Part shown: one piece after another, positions 1 through 11,642 of the stretch
Numbering within the stretch: the stretch's first letter is position 1
Layout of the letters: each line of letters begins with the position of its first letter
DNA from: Trichoplax sp. H2
Taxonomy: Eukaryota
Assembly: GCA_003344405.1 (NCBI GenBank)
Contig: NOWV01000177.1
Coordinates: forward strand, 1-64,000
DNA: 64,000 bases
Direction of reading: 5' to 3'
Position numbers and translations under genes: made by a program
The notes under the pieces: model-generated
The model's database searches: none
The model's input: the letters and a program-made list of their open reading frames with translations, nothing else
What the model was told of the DNA's origin: nothing

Positions 1-3000
1 ATTAAATTTGAATAAAGATTTCGATTCAATTTTTTCAGGGTTTTGATCTCCAGTTGTTTTAATAGAATTTGAGATACTATCTTTATTAACGGTTTTTATA
101 GAATTATGACTGATAGTTGTATTTTCCGGTAAAAAGAAAGTTTTCGGTAATTTTAAGTGTGTTGCTAAATTTACTTGCTTAGTATCTGGTAATATTTCTT
201 TGGTTACGATTAACGCTTTGTCTGTCCCAAGTTTAATGTTAATGTTAGTAGATGATGGTTCCGCTATTTTTTCTGGACTTTCTGTAATTGCTTTAGCGTC
301 GTTAGTTGTTAAATCGTCCTCAGATTTGTTATTTTTTTGATCGCTGTCTGAATTATCTATAGTAATTTCTGTATTGGGTATTTCTGTATCAAGTGTTTCG
401 ACACACTCTTCAAATACGGATTTGAAAGTATTCGCTATCTCTGGTGTTTTAAAGCGTGCACATAACTGTTCCGGATTTCCAGTACCTTCAGAATAATCTG
501 CGTGTGTATACCATACCCAACTCTTATTCGAGCCTAAACTTGGTTCTAAGCGCATATCTTTACTAATATAATGATTAGCGCAAACTTTATGAATCTGATC
601 GCGACGCATTATAATTCTAAATCGATTTTCTTCTACGGTATGCTTAAGAATCTTTATTTCGCCGACGCCCCTTTCTTTCCATTGCTTCGCTGTTTTATCG
701 AATCGAAATAGTTTACATCGTTCTTTATATGTAATTTCTTCGTTTTCTTCTCCTGTAACTATAGTTACATCCTTCGACAAAGTAATAACCGGTTTAAAAT
801 CAACATCTGGTGTAAATTCTTCCGGATTCTCATTACCATCTTCGTTATCGTTATTTGATAGTGCTTTTGCAAAGAGAGGTTTACTAGCATTTGGAAATAT
901 AAAATTCGATGGCTTATTCTCCAAAGCAGATTCATCACTCGTAGTTTGAGCAGCCAGTGATGCAAATGATGTTTTATGACTAGCGTCTTGATTGAATTTA
1001 AATACGTAATTTGTATCAGTTTTGTCGCTAGATTCTTGTTCGGTAACATTTTCGTGAGTACCGGACGACAAATTCATTAACGATGCAGAGGAGGCTGTAA
1101 TAGTTTCTTCTTTATTTGAAATAAATGCAAATGGCATTTTAAGTTCTTTCTTAGCTTCATCAACAACTTTATGAGAATTTGAGCCATCAACTGTATCGGT
1201 GGTACATCCTTCAACATATTCTAAGTTACATTCTGCTAAAAAGAAGTTTCGTGGTAGCTTCAGACGAGTAGCCATTTGGATTTTATTTTTATCAGGTACT
1301 AATTCCTTAATAAAGATCAGTTGTGAATCGAATTTTTCTTCGATTTTTGGTGACTGAATAGGAATATTTCTTCCAGTTTCTGTAGAATTTACATCCTTAA
1401 AGCTAGGTAGATCTGCAACATCCGTCGCATTGCTGGCTATCTTATTATCAGCTTTCTCGAATTTAAATACGCCTAAAGACGCGTCCACTTTGTTGGCGTT
1501 AGCAACACCAATAGCATCAAAACTAAAGTTGTTTACAGATTTCGCGGCCGCATCTCGAAGGTTTGAATTTTGAATTTCAGAATTACTACATAAATTTGTA
1601 TTACCGCCACTCTCAGAAGCGATCGCATCATTAGTATCTCTACTTTTCAACTTTACATCATTGCTGCTATCAGTACTTTTGGTACCAACGTCGGCAGAGT
1701 CAGATGAATATGAATTACCTTTCGCCATATTTTCGCTTTTACTATCCGGTTCTTGAATATCACAACCAATACTTTCCAGACAATTTTCGAATGCTGATTT
1801 GAATGTATTCGCTATCTCTGGTGTTTTAAAGCGTGCACATAACTGTTCCGGATTTCCAGTACCTTCAGAATAATCTGCGTGTGTATACCATACCCAACTC
1901 TTATTCGAGCCTAAACTTGGTCCTAAACGCATATCTTTACTAATATAATGATTAGCGCAAACTTTATGAATCTGATCGCGACGCATTATAATTCTAAATC
2001 GATTTTCTTCTACGGTATGCTTAAGAATCTTTATTTCGCCGACGCCCCTTTCTTTCCATTGCTTCGCTGTTTTATCGAATCGAAATAGTTTACATCGTTC
2101 TTTATATGTAATTTCTTCGTTTTCTTCTCCTGTAACTATAGTTACATCCTTCGACAAAGTAATAATCGGTTTAAAATCAACATCTGGTGTAAATTCTTCC
2201 GGATTCTCATTACCATCTTCGTTATCGTTATTTGATAGCGCTTTTGCAAAGAGAGGTTTACTAGCATTTGGAAATATAATACTCGATGGCTTATTCTCTG
2301 AAGTAGATATATCACTTGTAGTTTGAGCAGCTAATGACGCAAATGATGTTTTATGACTAGCATCTTGATTGAATTTAAACATATAATTTGTTTCAGGTAC
2401 TTCTGATTTATCGTTATTCGCATTCTTTTCGACGCTGTCGGATGATTGAGATGATAATGATGGGATCGATGTTACGTTATTATCGATTTTTTGATTAAAT
2501 TTGAATAAAGATTTCGATTCAATTTTTTCAGGGTTTTGATCTCCAGTTGTTTTAATAGAATTTGAGATACTATCTTTATTAACGGTTTTTATAGAATTAT
2601 GACTGATAGTTGTATTTTCCGGTAAAAAGAAAGTTTTCGGTAATTTTAAGTGTGTTGCTAAATTTACTTGCTTAGTATCTGGTAATATTTCTTTGGTTAC
2701 GATTAACGCTTTGTCTGTCCCAAGTTTAATGTTAATGTTAGTAGATGATGGTTCCGCTATTTTTTCTGGACTTTCTGTAATTGCTTTAGCGTCGTTAGTC
2801 GTTAAATCGTCCTCAGATTTGTTATTTTTTTGATCGCTGTCTGAATTATCTATAGTAATTTCTGTATTGGATATTTCTGTATCAAGTGTTTCGACACACT
2901 CTTCAAATACGGATTTGAAAGTATTCGCTATCTCTGGTGTTTTAAAGCGTGCACATAACTGTTCCGGATTTCCAGTACCTTCAGAATAATCTGCGTGTGT

Positions 3001-6000
3001 ATACCATACCCAATTCTTATTCGAGCCTAAACTTGGTCCTAAACGCATATCTTTACTAATATAATGATTAGCGCAAACTTTATGAATCTGATCGCGACGC
3101 ATTATAATTCTAAATCGATTTTCTTCTACGGTATGCTTAAGAATCTTTATTTCGCCGACGCCCCTTTCTTTCCATTGCTTCGCTGTTTTATCGAATCGAA
3201 ATAATTTACATCTATCATCATAAATCGCCTCTTCATCTTCTTCACCAGTAATAATATTAGCTACTTCCGGTAAAGTTACTACTGGTTTAAAATTAGTATC
3301 TGGCGTAAAGTCTTCAGGACTTTGCTCGTTACCTTCATCTTTATCAGTGGCAGATGAACTACGATCTTTATCTTTGCTGCCTCCCATTCTATCATGATCG
3401 CTCATAAATTTAAAGGAAAATTGTTGGGGCTGACTTTCAGGAACATTAGGTTTTAAAGGCATGGTAAAAGAAAATAACTGGCCAAAGCTATCTTTCTTTT
3501 CATTACTTTCATCTGTTGTTGACTCAAAAGTCATCGGTCTACTTTGTAAGCCGCTACTAAAGGTTGGGAAAGCTTCAATAGGCTGCTGCCTAAGCGAATT
3601 ATTTTGGGGTGAAAGGTTGACTTGCGATGATACAAAGCTTTGCGGATTAGTAGAATCATTGGCTTTTGACCAAGGCTGAAATAAATTATAGTTTTCTTTC
3701 CATGTCCCTCTAATGTCATCAGCGTTACCATCCGAGGATGCTTCTGTACGTCCTGTGAATTGTGTAGGCGTTGATGTTTCTGTACGTCCAGTAAATTGTG
3801 TAGCCATTGATGTTTCTGTATGTCCTGTAAACTGTGTAGCCGTGGATATTTCTGTATGTCCTGTGAACTGTGTAGCGATATTCGGCCCAGTTGCAGCATC
3901 GTTTTCACTGCCTACTATGGTAGGGTCCCACGATAGTGGTGGTAAATTCTGGTTGGCAACATCAATGGTAGAATCCGATCTTTCGTTTCTATTGTAAACT
4001 CTTGCACTTACGATATCGCTGATACTAGACAGGTGGTCATTACCACTAGTTTTTGCAGCAACGCTAGAAGCAAAAGTTGGCAGTTTAGGAACGTCTATCG
4101 AATTACCGCTTTGTAATTCCTTAGAATCTCCAAAGTTTGATATCACGACGTTAGGATTCGAAGTATATGACATACGGAGTGGTGGAATATTTCGATCTTG
4201 TAAATATTCAGAATCTACCTTTGTTGCAATATCTGATGGCGATGAAGTAGAATTTACATTAGTTGGCAAATCCGAGCTCCATTTATTATTGTCTGAATCG
4301 AATTGCAATCCCGAAGTAGTATTAACCAAAGACGAATAATCGTGAGTTTGCCCTCTTGTAGTAACTGGCTTATTACTACGAATATCATCGACTACTTGGC
4401 CTTTGGGAAAAGTATCTGGTAAAAATCCGAACTTTGATTTCTGAGACAAATTTAGATCAGCAAGGACGTTTTGGGCGTTAAAGGAGCCAACAGTACGATG
4501 ATCTTGCCCCTTACCAAATGGAACTCCATTAGAGTCCATAATATTTTTCATATATTCCAGTTCAGACTATAAAAAGTATTACAATTACAAGCAATTATTT
4601 TAAGCCTCTATCGGAGTACTTGATAAATTAAATTCAGCTCTAACTGTTGCAGCAGTAATTTTCCAAATACATATTAAAATTTAAAATTTATACCTCTAGC
4701 TTAGAAACTTTATCTTTATATTGCTCAATTTTTTGATCACGATGAAGGATCTCTTTCATAAGTTCCACTTTAAAATCTTTCGCAGTTTCGCTTTCCGAAT
4801 CGTATGCAGATGTGAAGGAGAACTAAAATATTTATTTTAAATACCATTTCTTAAAGCAGGAAACTTGATAATGAAAATATATCATTACAGTTTTACATTA
4901 TATACTATATTCTAAGCACAAAATACTAACTTCTTCATGGAAACTTAGTCCTCTAGGGTCATTTTCAGCCTCTATAATTTTACCTACATCGCGAAGAGCA
5001 AATTCACTGCTTTCATAATTTAACTCTCAACATACATGATGGCAAAATATTACCTTCATCATAACTTTTGTAAAGACTTAACATGTTATTGAGCTCTTTC
5101 TCCACCATCGTAAGATCTTCATTCGTCGACTCCTAGCAAATTACGCGTCACGTTAGAGGATAGTATCGTAGATGATACACAGATATTATAATTAATATAA
5201 TCAATATGTACTCAGTATCTATTCCTACCTCTGTTACCTTCGATTTTTCTAGATAATTGTCTAGACATTGCTTTGCTTTTTCAAGAAGTGACAACTTGCT
5301 ATCCCCATTATTTGAAGTTTGATTGAAGAACATATAGATGTACATCTAAATAAGGCATGAATGGAGCAAAATATTAATTATTTAATTTAACGATGAGAAA
5401 ATCCACGATTTTTGTTAATAAATTGAAAAGCAACATAAATATTACTTGAAACTGATTCCATAAAGCTTCTGGTACGTCAAGCGACTCGTAATGGTTTAAA
5501 GCTTCTTCTACATGGCCACGCTGCACATTCAGCTCGGCTATTATCATTCTGCATTCGTAAATGGAAATATCTAGGGTAGAATCCTATCAAAATATAAACA
5601 ATATATTAAATACACATGTAAGATTACTATTACAGTATCACATAAGCTGCATGTAATAACGTATAGATATAGATAAGAAGACCTATTTATCAAGCAAATT
5701 GATCTAGAGTGACTCATACCGATAATATCTGGAATAGGTTATCTTCAAGAATTGATGGCTTACTATATAATGATATATATAATTTAATTCCTAAAATAAA
5801 TACGGGCAAAGTACGATACCATATTAGGTCAATGCACTTACTTGTATTGCTGATCGCAAGTGAGTTCTTTTAAGATAATTTCCCAATAAGTACAGCATCT
5901 TGAATGATAATTCTGTAAGAAAACAGAATAGGCCTAATCTAAATTGGACTCTCCATTATATTAGTATCACGATAAGTAATTATCTAATTACATTAAAATC

Positions 6001-9000
6001 TTGATTTATACTTGACAACGTTGGATGACTGCTTTTCATATCGTTAATCCAATCTTTTAACTAGCGAGTACAGTATGAAAGTTTAGTCATGGTGATATAG
6101 GAGCTCCCATTTATACGTAAAAATTTCGTTTTACAAACCCGTCTCCACGAAGCTCTAGCAAGTGGAACAATTAGCTCTAAATGAGGCGAGGAACCATTTT
6201 GAAGCCTAATTATTCTCAATCCCTCTTCGACAGCTTTCCAGTTAATATTGCGCCTTTTAAGCAATAAGTAGAACATTATAACAGGTCTGGTAGAGAATAA
6301 TATCCAAGCAAAAACTATTACTTCAGTAATTCTCACAGAGACAATTTCCTATTTTAGGGAAATGCTATCTGTATATACCTATCTTTTCCGTCATATAGTA
6401 ACAATATTTCATTCCACCAAATGTTTTGAGTAGAAGAAATAGTTACGATGCGAGATGAAGTTTCTTCCAATGATAACTTTGAATAACTTTTACTATATGC
6501 TAATAGGAACAGGAAAATCTAAACAATTGAGAAAATGGTACTGATTATGCATCATTTTCAGTTAACAATATAAAATAGTAGAAAGCAAACTTCGAAACAC
6601 AAGCAACTTACCTGGATATCTTCTTGACTGATAATCCTCAGTTTGTGATACTGCGCTGGATGGATAGTAACCGCCAGTCTGCTAAATAAGGTGCAAGTAA
6701 AGACGGATACTGAAAGGCAAATAAATTAAAATAATTAAACCATCTTCATTTATCTTCATCACAATTGACAGATCTTACTGCTTTCTGAAGCTATATACCT
6801 GCATTCAGTAAATCTAATTCTGAGCAATGTGACAAAACCCAAGCGATTTTTTCTAAAGATCGCTCATTATACAAAGAATCTTAAAAAATAACGTAAATAT
6901 TAAAGGATTACAAAGCTTTTTGAGATTAATGCAATGACCACAATCATTAACAATATCAATGCAGATGTATACTATGAACAGCTAAATACCGGAATAATTA
7001 TCTATGCCGACGGCAAACAGTGAAATTTTGGTGTCAATTTTGGAAAAATCAGCATCTTTTAGAAAGAAGGACTAAATTGGTAGGAGAGTGTCATTAATAG
7101 ATCTTAATAATTCGTAAATTCAAGAATAATTGCACAGTACTAACCGCCTTTCGGTTTACACGTGAACCAAATAATGTTTTCACAATGAAATATACTCCCT
7201 TGTAAAATATAGAGGACATATCTATTAATCAAAATAAGCCTATAATAATCGAAATATTGTTACTGTATTTACCTCATTTGTTGCAAAATCACGATAGTAA
7301 TAGTCTAGTTCTTCCTTTGTTTGAAGTTGATTAAAAGCACTTAAAATAAGGCCTTATCAAGGAGTAGCAATGCAATAAATTTAAATATTAGTCATCACAT
7401 ATAAAATGGTATCAATCTTGCTAATAAGATTTCTACATACGTAGATTACAGATGCGATGGCGTTCAATGTTCGCCCAAGGAATATCAGTTGTAGAGGGAC
7501 ATCTTATAGTTGCTGTTTGTAAGAAACTTGTCAAAAAACAGGTATAGGCCGCCTTTTCAGCTTGTGGAAGCGCAAGTCCTCCCTAATGCCAAAATGTAAA
7601 ATTCGTATGACCCAAAATGAAGACAAAAGTTAACTTGAAGGTGATGTAAAAAGACGTACCGAAGTAGCTTTATATATGAGGAGTTCCGCGCATCGCCAGT
7701 AGTATTGTCCACGAAGTTCATTAAAACCAAGATTCCAAGTATTGGCATAACTACCATTAGTTCTTGACTTGTACCAATCCGCTTCAAACAATAAGGAATC
7801 GAATCTGAAATGAAAATGATCATTGAAGTGATGAGAGCAATATTACGTATAGCTAAGTATAGTATATGCACACTGTCAATATAAAGTACATATGATATTT
7901 AATCAAAATAGGAACAATTCTATTCATTCTAATACCCTTCTACTTCTAATTCTCTAACCTTAGCAATACAGAAGCAACCTCTTTCCAATTTGATTTATGC
8001 CTTATCATAGATTGTAATAAATTATTTATAGATAACATCATCCAGAATAAAGCATCCATGTAAGATTTTGAATCTTCTCCCTCAGCTAGCAAATGAAAAT
8101 TGAATTAAGAAAATAGGCTCATCATCTCATAAGCTTATAAATTGGACAAAAAGTATCTAGAATAGTAACACTATCACTGAATTATCGCGAACCATCTCTG
8201 CTGTGAAAATTTATTTACCTGGTTTGCCTAAGCTTTCCAGGTAATCCTACAATAGAAATTATGAGTTACTGAAGGTCAATGCAAAGTATTTCTATAAAAC
8301 AATTATTATCAAGCATGCAAATTATAATAAATTATACGGTCAAGAACGAATGTTGCATCTTATACCTTTAACACACTAGTAACCACCCATTGCCACTCTA
8401 ACATTTTCGTTACAGTCCAAGACACTTTTGTAGGATTAGTCACATAATCATAAGCTTCCCGAAGGCGGCCTATCAACATAGAAAAAGCACACATGTTGAA
8501 GAATGAATGAGCCAGGGGAACAAGTTAAAAATTACTTGAATTTCAAGAATTGTATCAGTTCTAAATACCTGTAACAACATAGTGTCGCATTAACTTAATG
8601 TGAAAACCGGCTTCATCGTCTGATGTGCTCTATTGAAATGTCAAAATGGAACATTTCCGTTATCAATCCATATCGTTATTAGAATTTATTTAAAGTTAAT
8701 ACCAATGGCTAACATAAAATCATTTATATCCATAATTAATCTGATTTCATTACCGCTGCTGTAATCAAAAATTTTTCTATATTTTCGGGATGTGTTTCCT
8801 TTATAGTCAATAATCTTTCCTAAAAGTAAAAATATGATCACACTTTATTTTAGTTTTTAATCTATAACCTATGGCGGCGTCATCCTTCCCATTGGCTGAC
8901 CTTTAATTTTAGAACCAACGGATGGTTTCGGCACCCCGAGGAGATTTTGTCAATCCAGTACTGGAGTAATTTTACTCAAAGTTAAAATCATTATCGGAAT

Positions 9001-11642
9001 GTCAATCGTATATTATAATTTTACCTCTAAGTCATCCGCATCTGCCTTGTTAATTAATAACAATTGTCCAACTACAATATTAATAGACAATTAATTACGC
9101 ATCATCAAAATTTCTTTCTTTACATGGAGGAGATATAATTTATTTTGAAATAGTATCAGTACCATAACACTTTAAAGAGAAATTAATCACTTACTGCTTA
9201 AGAGAGTCTCCTTATCTTTCGGATTTATCCGATGAGCTCTACAATTATAAAATATGTTAAAAGTATGCATATGAGTCATTGCCTTTGATCACATTATAAC
9301 ACGTTTAAAGTTCGGAATGCCTATGATTGAGGACGACTATCTATATACTTGGTAGCTTCACATTGCAAACATACTGACTTGCTTTCAGCTTCGGAAACAA
9401 TAATCAGAATAACGGAATCGCAATGACAGTATCACTCACCTAACATAACTATTCCACGCTTTATCTTTCATATCACGATGTTCTTGCAGTTTGCCCATAA
9501 ATCGATGAGCGCTGTAAGCAGATATACATTGTTTTACAATCCATTTTCAGTCGATAAAAATTTATAGTATTACGTTGGTTTTAATACTACTCATACGTCA
9601 ATTTTGCAGACAATGCTAGGCGAACGCGCTCAATTAAGTAAGTTGATGACCCTTATTGACTAATAGCTACTCTGCTTTTATGGTCCATCTTGAAATAGTT
9701 GTACAAAATACATGGTTGAGCACTTTACTAATTTATCAACCGGAACCATCAACAAATTACAAGAGTTCCAAAAAGTGGACATAAAGTGTATTTCCAATAT
9801 ACATGACGTACCGATAGTCTTCTTCATTTGACAGTATATAGCTTGATAAGTGTCTAAAAGATGGAAAAGCAAAACACAATTATTGATTTAGAATTCTTGA
9901 GCAAAAGTGACCTAACCGCAAGTATTGATTACAATCTCGATATCCAAAGAACATTAAAAGACAATCGTAAGTATTTACTAGTCAATTTATCTTTGTTTCT
10001 TAACAATCTCTACAAAGGGCCAAGCAAAGATTAAAGCAAACTACTGTAGTTGTAACATTTATAACTATCTTGAAAGGGCATCAGTATTAGTTCTTTATAA
10101 GGGCATGTTGATTTTTAGATTGTCGATGTAGCAATCCTGTATCATTGCATTTAGTGTTGCACTAAGGATCCGATTCTTTTAAGTTATGATGGTTGTTCTA
10201 CTGTACTGTCAACATTACATAACACTTAACTATTGCTATCTAAAGAATATCAGCAGTTATATGAGGTAGCATTTTATTACAACAGTGATTAAAATCTTCA
10301 TGGATGGTTGTTTATCTTAAGACTTTAGTGATAGTAGCTTCGTAAAGAATACCTTGTACAGATACATTGTAAAACGTTGTGTCCTGATATTCAATACCCA
10401 CTTATAGTAAACACTTATAATATTATAACCATTGGTGGTATTTGACTTGCAGTTTTAAGGTGCAGTCGTTTAATTGAAATTATACGCATCCTTGTCTCGT
10501 ATTTTATCAATACGCTACTGCTGTGGTAAGTCTTATATTATCGATGTCTGAAATGATCGTTTTGAGATTGCCTGCTACGCTATTGTGATGTAGAACCCTT
10601 CAAGCATCTACAACTAGACATGTACTCTTTCTAACAAAGTTGGTATACTGTTCGAAAATGGTCGCCTATTCAACATACTTTATTGCTCGAGAAGTATCGC
10701 CAACTTGATGACAGAGACGAGCAGCTGCAAGTCCATTCCGAGGCCTCTGTAATACAGACAATAACGGCATAATTCAATTATCATCATGACTTCAGAGAAT
10801 CATCGAGTAGAAAGGATTAGTAATCAATAGTGATGTATTTGGAAAGGAGATTGTCATCGTCTTTATGGTGATTTATAGCATGTTGTATCAAGATGAAGAA
10901 TATCAACCACTCGCAGTACACTTGTACAGTATACGAAATAGTAATGTAACGTCGTGCAATCGATGGGCAATGGGTGGGGTGATAGCATAAGATAGAGTAA
11001 GATCGTGGCATGTCGATCTGTAAAGCAATTTTTTTATTCATTCCTAACGTATTCATCCATTAGCAAAGATATTGGTGATCGAGTCTGTCTTCCACTCATC
11101 GCTATATACTCGTATCGAGTCTATATATGCTATCGTCCAAGTACAATATGATCGTAGTGAAGATGCAGCCAGCCAAAGTAAAGGAAAGGATTGACTACGA
11201 GCTCAACACGGTACAGTAGTCGATGAATGAGGCTGAACGACTTGAATTGGACATACAAAAGTGGCATTGAACTCATGTTGAGTGTCTACGTTGCAATGGG
11301 GTAACAATAATACGTCAATCATCATCATGCCAAGCTACGATAACTATCAAGTTGACTAGACGAAAAGGAAAGCTTGCGTCGACATTGGATGGATGGTGGC
11401 GAGTCATAGGATCCATTTTTAGGCAGCTGCAAAGTGACTGCCATTCTCCGTGACTATCTGTTAAGATGAAGAAATTTTGTATCGCCATTTTTCACCGATG
11501 CACTCCCTGGTTCCAATTCCTTCAATCCGAATAGCATGATGGTATACTGTAAACGATTTGAACTTACATTTTGGCCAGGAGGATTATTCATGGCGTTGAG
11601 AATGCCGTTGAAATTGCCTCTATTCCATTGAGCGCTTTTCAT
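1..11642 (-). CDS. RANBP2: RanBP2/Nup358-like nucleoporin and SUMO E3 ligase, multi-exon, 3' end beyond the left edge of the window
   Basis: Manual splicing with GT-AG and consistent phases: exon 1 11642-11568 (MKSAQWNRGNFNGILNAMNNPPGQN), exon 2 10746-10679 (RPRNGLAAARLCHQVGDTSRAIK), 9853-9812 (HLSSYILSNEEDYR), 9511-9439 (AHRFMGKLQEHRDMKDKAWNSYVR). This resembles the N-terminal TPR region of RanBP2. Many short exons follow, then a giant exon 4566-1 that reads open where translated and encodes three RanBP1-type domains (FKPVVTLP..TGEEDE..RCKLFRFDKTAKQWKERGVGEIKILKH..RIIMRRDQIHKVCANH). It is absent from the ORF track, consistent with no stop inside the window. Internal exon boundaries at 4.6-9.3 kb were not all resolved. 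Confidence 0.9.
400..823 (-). other. Ran-binding domain copy 3
   Basis: Aligns to copy 2 at offset 1377 (421 = 1798) and to copy 1 at offset 2493 (1 = 2494), with only scattered substitutions. Confidence 0.92.
1775..2200 (-). other. Ran-binding domain copy 2
   Basis: EFTPDVDFKPIITLSKDVTIVTGEENEEITYKERCKLFRFDKTAKQWKERGVG...; core nucleotide sequence nearly identical to copies 1 and 3. Confidence 0.92.
2895..3310 (-). other. Ran-binding domain copy 1 (in RanBP2 giant exon)
   Basis: Translation DFTPDTNFKPVVTLPEVANIITGEEDEEAIYDDRCKLFRFDKTAKQWKERGVG...WVWYTHADYSEGTGNPEQLCARFKTPEIANTFKSVFEEC. Confidence 0.92.
3735..3880 (-). repeat. 36-bp coding minisatellite, about 4 copies (TQFTG[H/R]TE.S.. 12-aa repeat) in RanBP2
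   Basis: Repeated plus-strand unit like tctgtatgtcctgtgaactgtgtagc; in the RanBP2 frame it reads ATQFTGHTEIST ATQFTGHTETSM ATQFTGRTETST PTQFTGRTEASS. Confidence 0.85.

Noticed and set aside
765-3997. ORF-track entries 765-1049, 3461-3679, 3531-3908, 3713-3997
   Set aside because: Alternative-frame or antisense shadows of the RanBP2 giant exon
9861-9966. Plus-strand ATG exon candidate MEKQNTIIDLEFLSK... ending at gtaagt
   Set aside because: Lies antisense within RanBP2 intron 2 at its acceptor; no convincing downstream exons found
11400-11460. Integrase-like peptide QIVTENGSHF on the minus strand
   Set aside because: Short, flanked by stops, lacks the catalytic Asp, and sits in RanBP2 intron 1 with no other retroelement features
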